Shown here in pieces: positions 31,576-39,978 of a DNA stretch of 64,000 nucleotides (position 1 is its first letter; every line of letters starts with the position of its first letter). Location: NCBI GenBank assembly GCA_050951805.1, contig JBMNJT010000002.1, positions 672,001 through 736,000 on the forward strand, in the 5' to 3' direction. A model generated the notes under the pieces. It worked only from the letters and a program-made list of their open reading frames with translations. It was not told the origin of the DNA and did not search any database. The DNA comes from Bacillota bacterium (lineage in GTDB: Bacteria; Bacillota; DTU025). The translations under genes were made by a program, and so were the position numbers.

Positions 31576-32256
31576 ATGAAGGGGCAGGCGCGAAGAAGAG
31601 CGATGTCTCTTGTGGTTTTGGCGGTGCTTCTGGTTTCAGCGGCCATTGTTGCGGAGGCCGCCGCGAAAAAGGTGAACCTGCAAGTTCATGGCAAGGTACG
31701 TTATGAGGGTTCCAAGGGCAGAACTATTGTAGAGGGCGGCCTGACCATACGGTATGACGACACTGTGATTACTGCGACGAACGCGGTTATAGACAATGCG
31801 GCTGAGACTGCCAAACTGACTGGCGGCGTTCTTTTAACGCAGAAGGATGTTGTACTCAATGCTGATGAGATGGATGTGGATCTCAAGAATGATACTGCTG
31901 TAGTGAAGGGAAATGTGAGGCTGGAAAAACGCGAGGAACAGGCGGAAAAGGACGAGTCCGGAAAGGCGAAGGTCTCTGTTGTGAAGATGACATGCAACAT
32001 TCTGGAGATCTCAACCAAGACTCAGGATTTTATCGCCCAGGGATCGGTCTTGATGACCAAGGATAAACAGAAAGCCCAGGCGGAAAAGGCGAATTACGAT
32101 AACGCCGGCAAAACTCTGATTTTGCAGGGTTCTGTTGCCATCGAGGACGAGGGGAACAAGACCATAAAATGTGACAGGGCGATCCTCTATACTGATAAGG
32201 AACTGGTGGAAGCGGAAGGCAAGCCTGTAGAGATCACCTTTGAGATCGAGGAGTAA
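31576..32256 (+). CDS. lptA: LptA/OstA-like periplasmic protein
   Basis: Signal peptide plus repeated jellyroll strands (LNADEM, KGNVRL, AEKANY, LILQGSV). Confidence 0.8.
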   Translation: MKGQARRRAMSLVVLAVLLVSAAIVAEAAAKKVNLQVHGKVRYEGSKGRTIVEGGLTIRYDDTVITATNAVIDNAAETAKLTGGVLLTQKDVVLNADEMDVDLKNDTAVVKGNVRLEKREEQAEKDESGKAKVSVVKMTCNILEISTKTQDFIAQGSVLMTKDKQKAQAEKANYDNAGKTLILQGSVAIEDEGNKTIKCDRAILYTDKELVEAEGKPVEITFEIEE

Positions 32257-32393
32257 CGCATGTGGCTGGTCGTTGTTCCTGACCAAGATCGATGCTGGGT
32301 TTTTTAGGGGACCAAAAAAAGAATGGAAGGCGTGACGCCACTCGTCCCTTTCCATGTGAAGGTGTAGTCAGTAGTCGAGTGAAGATCGGGTAT

Positions 32394-32430
32394 GAAGGAG
32401 GGCCGCAAAGCGGCCCTCCTTCCCGCGTTT
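32394..32430 (+). terminator. Strong hairpin, probable terminator
   Basis: 13-bp perfect stem GAAGGAGGGCCGC-AAA-GCGGCCCTCCTTC; T tract is displaced by a few bases. Confidence 0.5.
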
Positions 32431-32845
32431 TCGCCCGGCATATTTGTTGATCAAAGAAGTCCTGGATTGCCCGTACCCAAAGATGTTTACGTGTGAACAT
32501 AGCGAAATCGAACCGGGATTGGCTTGTCAGCTGGATAACCTGGGAGGTTGGTGGGACTGCTTTTAGGGAGTGAGGTCTAAAAGTAGAGCCGTGTACGAGG
32601 TCGGTACGCACGGTTCTGTGAGAGGGTGATGCTCCCGATTATCCCTATCGAGCTCGCCAAAAGCTGCTGTAGAATCCACAGGTTACTGATGAACGCCCCT
32701 GAAGCGGGATTCACTGGAGCTTTCAGTGCCCGTAGTTCAGCTGGCTATGTCATTTGCGGCCACATGGAAGACATTACATGGCAAAAGAGAGGTGCAAAGT
32801 GGGCACACATGCTATAATGTCGAGTGAATGGGGGGGGGTAGCTGC

Positions 32846-35257
32846 ATGTACGCCCTTGTGCGCGGTGGGTTCATACTGGACGTTGCCGCGGTGCTTCTAG
32901 TCACAATCATACTAGGATCGTTTGTAGCGGCAGGAATTGCGTCCGCTGCCGATGATTTCTTTGTTCATACAGTATCAGATGTAGTAGGCGAATACGGCGA
33001 ATACGATCTGATTGTCCACGTGAGGACTGAGTCCAGACGCGAGGCTTTGCGCGCGCTCAGGGCGACACTGCGCGCGAAGCTCCCGGGGGCCCGAGTCAAA
33101 GAGAGCGCCACCGTCTTGTCGGTGTCGAACTTCCTTGTGTCGTTGGCGAAAAAGGACGAGGAATCAGTGACAGCTTTGGTGCAGGGGGTGTCCGGCATTC
33201 CGGGGTTTGCCGGGTATACGTTCTTGCTCGAGCCTAAGGTGACCGTGAGTGGTGTCGGTTCGAAGACAGCGCCGATTGTTCAGGATAAGTTGACGCGGCT
33301 GGATGGAGTGGAGTTTGCTTTGCGCGACGGCGGAGATATTCATCTCATATGTGAGTCGCCGGAGAGTGTGAAATCTGTGGCGCAGGCGGCCGAGGCAATC
33401 CTCGGGCGCTACCAGGTGGTCGATATTAGGTTTGCGCCGAGCGCACTGGCTTCGGAAGGTGCTTTCCGGGGCCGACTTGTGCAACGCGTAGCTGCCGGGT
33501 TGGCAGGCGGGGATGTGAAGGGCCAGGTTGTGCGCGACGTGACGCCGCGGGGACAGGCCGACGAGGCCCAGGTGTTGGCTGGGGCTATGGTGAAGATGAA
33601 AGCATTCCTGGAGGCCTGGGCGCCGCAAGCTTCTATACGACTGGACGAGGGAAAGGTCAACCCTGTGCACACTGGGGCGGATACGGGGTTTTCAGGCCTG
33701 GATACAGGAGATTCTGTTGTCTTGTCTGTGGAGGATAAGCCCGTTGGATCGTTGCCGGCGCCTGAAGATATGGTGGTGTCTGTGACTGATGTCGACGGAG
33801 ATAAGGCTCGCGGAATAATAGTCGATGGGGCAAAAGAGCCCAAAGACCAGTCGTCGCAGGTTCTTTCAGCATATCTGCTGGAAGACGGTGTTGTTTCAGG
33901 CCGTGTGGGAAGCGCTACTACAAGTCGGCCCCAGGAGGACCTGTCCCGTTCACTATCGGAGGCGGAAGAGGCACTGGCACAGTACGATGCAGGGATTGCG
34001 GATGCTATGAGGGCCGCGAAGATTGGAGAGGAAGCTTTGGAATCATACGAGCGGGCCATAGACTCTCTCATTTATCTCCAAAGGGCCTTGGAGAGCATTG
34101 GCGTGGATGGCGAAGCGGACATAATGCCCATCGACGATGAGGCGGTGAGCGCGCTGCTCCATCTGACTGAAGAGGCGTTGGAGGCGATAGAAGCTCTGCG
34201 CTCCACGGCTGACGTTGTTGTAATGTTCTCAGGAAGTTATGACTCGCTCCTTGCCGATCTCGAGCTGTGGCAGGCCAGGCTAAAGTCGTTCGCTCAGAAA
34301 CTGGAGACGATACAGTCGGCTGCAACCGGCGCGGGCCAGGTGGCGGAGATGCTCAGAGATATGTCGTCTGCGGCGTCAGGAATCCTATCTACTTTGCATC
34401 AGCTGGATCCTGCCTCTTTGCGCGAGAACATCGAAGCTGCGAAAGTAAAGCTTGCTCAGATGTCGGAGGTGGATGTGGACGGCATTGCAGAGCAGGTAAG
34501 GGAGGTGAAATCCGCGCTTCCCAAGTTCGATGGGGATGAGATCGTCAGTTCTATCGGGGCCATCAACAAGCTTGTCGGGGATCAACAGGGCTCTTCCGAC
34601 AAGGTTCAACTGCTGATTGAGTCGGGGCTGACTCCTGATAAGCTAGCAACAGCCGTTGAGGAGGTGGCCGGGAAGGATGTGCTGGCAGTTTACACTATAC
34701 CTGCGGGGATAGTTCAACCAGGGGTGCGCAGTGAGGTTCAGAACCTGCTGAGGTCAGTAAAGAGCACCATATCCGGGTTGGCTGCCTGCGGAATCGTTGC
34801 TGTCTCGCTCATGGTGGACCATTCTACTGTGATTGCGGGCGCTATCGGTCTCGAAAGGAGAAGGCAGGGCGTGCTGCGTCCGGGTTTTGAGGAGTATCTT
34901 TACGGGGCTTTGGCGGGAGCGATCAGCCTTTATGCTATTGGCACAATTACCGGGTCAACGCTGGGGTCTGCAGGGGGCCCGCTATTTGCCGCGATCGGAG
35001 GCCTCTTGGGACTTGTGGGCGCCGGAGTTTCGCTCAAAATGTCGCCGGTCGACCTCGATGAGGTCGAGGCCTCTATTGCGTTTGGTATGACGGGAACGCA
35101 GATCATGAGGGAGATAATTATACCCTCCGGAAAGCCCGGGATTCTGTCCTTCATCAACCGGCCTCACGTGGTCTTCGACGGCATTGATCATGTGTCTGCC
35201 GATAGAAAAGATCGTCGGGAAGGAGGTTCAACTAGGTGCTCGCAATGCGCGATGTGA
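32846..35257 (+). CDS. Uncharacterised membrane protein: N-terminal TM, ~600-aa extracytoplasmic region with long helical segment, C-terminal TMs and EAA loop (ABC permease-like)
   Basis: C-terminal EVEASIAFGMTGTQIMREIIIPSGKPG fits the EAA-x3-G-x9-I-x-P coupling motif; overlaps the ATPase gene. Confidence 0.75.
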   Translation: MYALVRGGFILDVAAVLLVTIILGSFVAAGIASAADDFFVHTVSDVVGEYGEYDLIVHVRTESRREALRALRATLRAKLPGARVKESATVLSVSNFLVSLAKKDEESVTALVQGVSGIPGFAGYTFLLEPKVTVSGVGSKTAPIVQDKLTRLDGVEFALRDGGDIHLICESPESVKSVAQAAEAILGRYQVVDIRFAPSALASEGAFRGRLVQRVAAGLAGGDVKGQVVRDVTPRGQADEAQVLAGAMVKMKAFLEAWAPQASIRLDEGKVNPVHTGADTGFSGLDTGDSVVLSVEDKPVGSLPAPEDMVVSVTDVDGDKARGIIVDGAKEPKDQSSQVLSAYLLEDGVVSGRVGSATTSRPQEDLSRSLSEAEEALAQYDAGIADAMRAAKIGEEALESYERAIDSLIYLQRALESIGVDGEADIMPIDDEAVSALLHLTEEALEAIEALRSTADVVVMFSGSYDSLLADLELWQARLKSFAQKLETIQSAATGAGQVAEMLRDMSSAASGILSTLHQLDPASLRENIEAAKVKLAQMSEVDVDGIAEQVREVKSALPKFDGDEIVSSIGAINKLVGDQQGSSDKVQLLIESGLTPDKLATAVEEVAGKDVLAVYTIPAGIVQPGVRSEVQNLLRSVKSTISGLAACGIVAVSLMVDHSTVIAGAIGLERRRQGVLRPGFEEYLYGALAGAISLYAIGTITGSTLGSAGGPLFAAIGGLLGLVGAGVSLKMSPVDLDEVEASIAFGMTGTQIMREIIIPSGKPGILSFINRPHVVFDGIDHVSADRKDRREGGSTRCSQCAM

Positions 35258-36000
35258 AAAAGGCGTACGGATCGCGCCAGGCGCTTTCAGGGTTCGATCT
35301 CGACGTACACGAGGGCGAGACTGTAGTTATCATGGGGCCGTCGGGATGCGGCAAGTCTACAGCCCTACGGTGCATTATCAGGCTGACAGAGCCCGACTCC
35401 GGGTCAATACTGTGGCGGGGCCGGTCGGTTTTGGGTATGTCTTCTGATGAGCTGAGATCGTACAGACGCAGGACAGGCTTTGTGTTCCAGCGTTCGAATC
35501 TCGTGTCGCGCCTGAGCGTCCTCGAAAATGCCATGCTGCCCGGTGTAATGGCAGGGGTCTCCATTGATGAGGCTAAACGGCTTGCATACGGCGCTTTGGA
35601 GAAGGTGGGGATTGAGCGTCTGGCGGCAGCATATCCACCGAATCTGTCAGGCGGTGAGATGCAAAGGGCAGCGATAGCTCGCGCCATTGCCCAAGAGCCT
35701 GAACTCCTGCTTTGGGATGAGCCTACGGCCTCGCTCGACCCTATCCTCGTGGTGGACGTGCTCAAGCTGATAGAGTCACTTGCCCGTTCGCTCGGATCCA
35801 CCATGATAATAGTCACTCACGAGGTCCAGTTCGCCCTGCGCGTTGCGGACAAAGTTGTGCTCGTGTCCGATGGAGCGGTCGTGGACGAAGGTAAACCTGA
35901 GGATGTGTTGCTCACGCCGGGCTCGGATTTGGCCCGTCAGTATTCGGAGTCTTTGTCATATTTCGCAGGCCATCGGGAGGAGAAGGAGGTGGGCCTGTAG
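35236..36000 (+). CDS. ABC transporter ATP-binding protein (GlnQ/MetN-like)
   Basis: GPSGCGKS, LSGGEMQR, WDEPTASLD, VTH. Confidence 0.95.
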   Translation: MLAMRDVKKAYGSRQALSGFDLDVHEGETVVIMGPSGCGKSTALRCIIRLTEPDSGSILWRGRSVLGMSSDELRSYRRRTGFVFQRSNLVSRLSVLENAMLPGVMAGVSIDEAKRLAYGALEKVGIERLAAAYPPNLSGGEMQRAAIARAIAQEPELLLWDEPTASLDPILVVDVLKLIESLARSLGSTMIIVTHEVQFALRVADKVVLVSDGAVVDEGKPEDVLLTPGSDLARQYSESLSYFAGHREEKEVGL

Positions 36001-36064
36001 AAACCCGATATGCTCAGTAGACACTTGACGAGCAGCATTTCTGCTGCAAGTGGGGTGGTTAAAT

Positions 36065-37330
36065 TTGGACATAGTGCTGGTCTCCAGCTCTCCAGAGGAA
36101 GTTCATGGGCTTGCGAGGCCCGTCGCTGAAAAGGCTCTGTCAATGCTGCCGGCGGCTGATATATGGATGTTTGTCTCCCCGGGAGGCTATGCCAGTGGAC
36201 GAGAGGCTAAAGTCGCTTCTACCTACCCAGGAGTGAGGAGGGCGGTGTCTGTCCGCGAGTTCCTTGCCTTTCTGGCATTTGGCAAGAGACCATCGGGTTT
36301 TGCCAGTTCGGGATCGGGCATTGTGATTCATTTGGGCGGGAATCTTTGGTGCTCGGTTCTCCTAAGCCGACGATTGCGTTACCCACTTGTTGTATATACA
36401 GACAGGACGGTCTTGGGCGCCAAGACTGTTTCTGCATTTCTTGTAGAGGACGAGAGGATTCAGGCCTCGCTGATTGCGAAAGGTGTCCCCGCCGAGCGCG
36501 TCAGACTTATCGGAAACCTCATGGTGGACGGCGTTCGCGCCGGAATGGACCGTGACCAGGCAAGGGCGTATCTGGGGGTTGCGAACGGCGAGAGGTTAGT
36601 GCTGCTGTTCCCTGGAACTAGGGTTCAGGAGGCTGCGGTAATGGCCCCGTTTCTATTTCGCGCAGTGGAGCTCCTTGCCAGGGTGGAGCGGGACTTGAAA
36701 TTCGTCCTCTGTCTTTCTCCTTTCATCGGCACTGCTTCTTTGGATTCAATCTTCTCCTATTCCAAGCACAGGGGCAAGATAGATGGCTCAAGCGCTATCC
36801 TCCAGAAGAGCGCAGGGCCCCTCGAGGCTGTTACCGCTGGGGGAGTGCATGTACGAATAGAGACTATGAAGCGGTACGAGGCCATGATGGCGGCTGATAT
36901 CGCGATATGCACTCCTGGTCCTATCTGTTCGGAGCTGGCATTCTTGGGTATTCCTTATGTGGCTGCGGTGCCGCTCAATGTGCCTACTGCTGTGCCTTTT
37001 CCCGGTGTTTCCCCATTTCTCTGCTCACTTCCGTTCGTTGGGGAGCTCTTCCGAAAGCGCGCTGTGGAACAGGTGGAGGAATCCGGTAGGTTCCTGTCTG
37101 TCCCTAATGCCAGGGCAGAAAAGCTGGTAGCGCCGGAGGTTGTTGGACACTTGCGCGCGGAGGACGTGGTAATCCCGTGTGTCGAGCTTTTGGGTGACAC
37201 TGCCCGTCGCGACAGAATATCTCGGGAGTTGCGCGAAGCCATGGGAGTGGCGGGAGCTGCGGAGATGGTCGTCAGGACAGCTATCGCGGCGAACAGGGGG
37301 ACGCTTCAGGCTATTGAGAAGGGGCAATAA
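36065..37330 (+). CDS. LpxB-related GT-B glycosyltransferase (lipid-A-disaccharide synthase-like)
   Basis: LIGNLMVD, LLFPGTRVQE, ELAFLGIPYV, SVPNARAEKLVAPEV resemble LpxB (GSR..E, SLPN..A...PE), but divergent. Confidence 0.7.
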   Translation: MDIVLVSSSPEEVHGLARPVAEKALSMLPAADIWMFVSPGGYASGREAKVASTYPGVRRAVSVREFLAFLAFGKRPSGFASSGSGIVIHLGGNLWCSVLLSRRLRYPLVVYTDRTVLGAKTVSAFLVEDERIQASLIAKGVPAERVRLIGNLMVDGVRAGMDRDQARAYLGVANGERLVLLFPGTRVQEAAVMAPFLFRAVELLARVERDLKFVLCLSPFIGTASLDSIFSYSKHRGKIDGSSAILQKSAGPLEAVTAGGVHVRIETMKRYEAMMAADIAICTPGPICSELAFLGIPYVAAVPLNVPTAVPFPGVSPFLCSLPFVGELFRKRAVEQVEESGRFLSVPNARAEKLVAPEVVGHLRAEDVVIPCVELLGDTARRDRISRELREAMGVAGAAEMVVRTAIAANRGTLQAIEKGQ

Positions 37331-37601
37331 GAAAGCCTTTCGTAGCGGTCCACCGCTTTTAGTTAGCTGTCCATGTTTTTGGCGAATGCCTTCAGCGGCT
37401 CCTGCAGTGGCTTTCATCTGCATACCAGCAATACCCGTCAAGGATACAACCTTTCTTGTGCAGGTAGAAATGACGTCTGTGTCGAAAAAGACTATCAAGT
37501 GTAGTCGTGCATGTTTTCATGTTTGGGGCCGAATATTGGAACAAGTGGGTGCTTGCTGTCGTCTATAATAGGTGGTGCCTGGCAAGATTGTATTTGCTTA
37601 G

Positions 37602-38339
37602 ATGAGGAGTGAGTTCTTGTTGGGTGTGCGGGCCACCGACCTAGTAAAGAGCTTCCAGGGAAGACGAGTGGTAGACGGAGCCAGTTTGGAGCTCGAACGT
37701 GGCGAGGTTGTGGGCCTGTTGGGCCCAAATGGAGCGGGAAAGACCACTACCTTCTATATAATGGTCGGGCTTGAATCGTCTGATTCGGGTTGTGTTACCA
37801 TCGACGGCGTGGATGTTGTGCGAAGACCTGTGTGGCAGCGGGCTCGGTTGGGGTTGGGCTATCTTGCGCAAGAGCCGTCCATATTCCGGAAGCTTACTGT
37901 AGAACAGAACATCATGGCTGTGTTGCAGATTTCCACGGGTAGTTCCGGTGAGCGGACAGAGCGCCTGGAAAGTCTTCTTGAGCAGTTCGATTTAGTCGGT
38001 TTGCGTCGACAGATGGGGTTCACATTGTCAGGCGGAGAGCGCAGGCGAGTGGAGATAGCGCGCGCGCTTGCGGCAGAGCCTCGGTACATATTACTGGACG
38101 AACCCTTCACCGGAGTCGATCCAATAGCCGTAGGAGAGTTGCAGCGCATAGTGGAGAATCTGAAGGAAGCAGGCCTTGGGGTGCTCATTACTGACCACAA
38201 TGTAAGAGATACTCTGGCCATTGTGGATCGGGCCTACATCATGCATGAAGGCCGCACGATTGTGTCAGGGACCGCGCGGGAGGTTTCGGAGGACGCTTTT
38301 GCAAGGCGTTTCTACTTAGGAGAGCGGTTCACCCTCTAA
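37602..38339 (+). CDS. lptB: Lpt ABC transporter ATPase
   Basis: GPNGAGKTT, YLAQEPSIFRKL, LSGGERRRVEIAR, ITDHNVRDTL, YLGERF. Confidence 0.96.
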   Translation: MRSEFLLGVRATDLVKSFQGRRVVDGASLELERGEVVGLLGPNGAGKTTTFYIMVGLESSDSGCVTIDGVDVVRRPVWQRARLGLGYLAQEPSIFRKLTVEQNIMAVLQISTGSSGERTERLESLLEQFDLVGLRRQMGFTLSGGERRRVEIARALAAEPRYILLDEPFTGVDPIAVGELQRIVENLKEAGLGVLITDHNVRDTLAIVDRAYIMHEGRTIVSGTAREVSEDAFARRFYLGERFTL

Positions 38340-38364
38340 GCCTTGTTCTTGCCGGGAGGGATAC

Positions 38365-39690
38365 GTGATGGGCGGAGTCGTACTGATAATCGTCCTAACA
38401 ATAGCCGGAGGCGTGATTGCCTATGTTGGCGATCGCATCGGCATGAAGGTGGGCCGAAAACGCCTTTCAATCTTTGGGCTGAGGCCCAAGTACACTTCTA
38501 TGGTGATTACCATCATCACTGGCGTGATCATTGCCGGATGCACTCTTTTGGTTCTTTCTCTGGCTTCTGAGAATGTAAGAATCGCCCTCTTCGAAATCCG
38601 TGAACTCCAGGATTCGCTCGCTACTGCCAACAATGACCTCGAAGCCAAGAGGGCTGAGGTTGATGTCTTATCCGCTCGAGTTAGGGAGGTAGCCGACGAA
38701 TACGATGCTCTGGAATCGAAGTTTGAAGCGGCTAATCGAGAACTGGATCGAGTGTCGCATGAACGGTCGCGGGCTTTGCAGGAGCTTGCCAAAGTAGAGT
38801 CCAAACTGCGTGATTCCGAAAGCCGACTGAAAGAGACCGAGACTAGATACAAGCAAGCAGGCGCAGATCTTGCTCGCGCCAGCGGCGAGCTTGAGAGGGC
38901 GCGCGATGAAATAGCGTCGCTCGAAAGCGAAAAGATGTTGCTGGAGCAGAACGTATCTTCTCTGTCTGCGGCGCAGGCCAGCCTCGAAAAGAGCCTGGAG
39001 CAGATGAAGCTCGACATGACAGCTCAGGCGGCCACAAGCGCCCTCATAATGGCGGAAGCGGAGAAATCGTCGTGGTACGGAGAGGTTGTTTTCCGAGCCA
39101 AAGAGGTGATTCTCGGCGAAGTGGTGGATTGCTCGCGGCCAAGGACAGAGGTGAACAACCAGGTAACGGAGATTCTGCTAAAAGTGAATGCGATAGCCTC
39201 CAAGAGGGGGGCCCGTTCCAGCAGGGATGATGATCCATTTGTCCTTCTGTTCGATGAAGGCAACTACCTTGCTGCCATAAAGGACTTGCATGAGGCTGAA
39301 GGAAAGATGATCTTTAGGGTGCTGTCGTACAAGAATTCCTGGTATGGAGATCCGCTCGTTGTAGAAGTGGAGGTATTTCCCGATGCCAAGATCTACTCAG
39401 CAGGGGATGTTATCGTCTCCAGGACGATTAATGGTGCCGCCGGCGGAGCGGAGGTCCAAAAAGAGCTTTTGGCGCTCATGGAAGACGTCAACGCAGCCTG
39501 CATCGGAAAGGGAATGACCAGCGATGAGGAAGGCCGGATCGGGACCATCATGACAATCTCCGATTTTACTTCTGCGATAGTTGAGATTGTAAAGAGCAAT
39601 GCCAATGTAAAAGTGGAGGCCGTGGCGCGTCGAGACATATGGCGGTCGCACAAGTCTCCCCCAGTTGAACTGGTGATGCAGGGCATTTAG
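38365..39690 (+). CDS. DUF3084 coiled-coil membrane protein
   Basis: GGVIAYVGDRIGMKVGRKRLSIFGLRPKYT signature, then a long coiled coil. Confidence 0.9.
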   Translation: MMGGVVLIIVLTIAGGVIAYVGDRIGMKVGRKRLSIFGLRPKYTSMVITIITGVIIAGCTLLVLSLASENVRIALFEIRELQDSLATANNDLEAKRAEVDVLSARVREVADEYDALESKFEAANRELDRVSHERSRALQELAKVESKLRDSESRLKETETRYKQAGADLARASGELERARDEIASLESEKMLLEQNVSSLSAAQASLEKSLEQMKLDMTAQAATSALIMAEAEKSSWYGEVVFRAKEVILGEVVDCSRPRTEVNNQVTEILLKVNAIASKRGARSSRDDDPFVLLFDEGNYLAAIKDLHEAEGKMIFRVLSYKNSWYGDPLVVEVEVFPDAKIYSAGDVIVSRTINGAAGGAEVQKELLALMEDVNAACIGKGMTSDEEGRIGTIMTISDFTSAIVEIVKSNANVKVEAVARRDIWRSHKSPPVELVMQGI

Positions 39691-39978
39691 CCTGTGGGCG
39701 GCTGGTGGAGTATTCAAAAATCTTCTGATTCATGAAGGAGTTGACCAGTGTTTGGAGAATATGAAATTGCAGGTATACTCTTGGTCATACCTATGTTCTG
39801 ATCGGCCCTAACAACGGCAGGAGAAAGCTGTGGTTGTTTGGCCGTATTGTACGCAAAAGGGCTCGTCCCCGTTTTGGTTGCAGGGCGAGGAAACATGAGC
39901 ACTCGTCCTGGTCACCTCTATCGGCATTGAGTTCTTAGCGTCTAGTTGATCAGGATCAATTTGAGGGGGGAAGGACTA

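Noticed and set aside
32257-32827. Short ORFs in the lptA-permease spacer
   Set aside because: No convincing SD or homology; only the hairpin and a -10 element are supportable.
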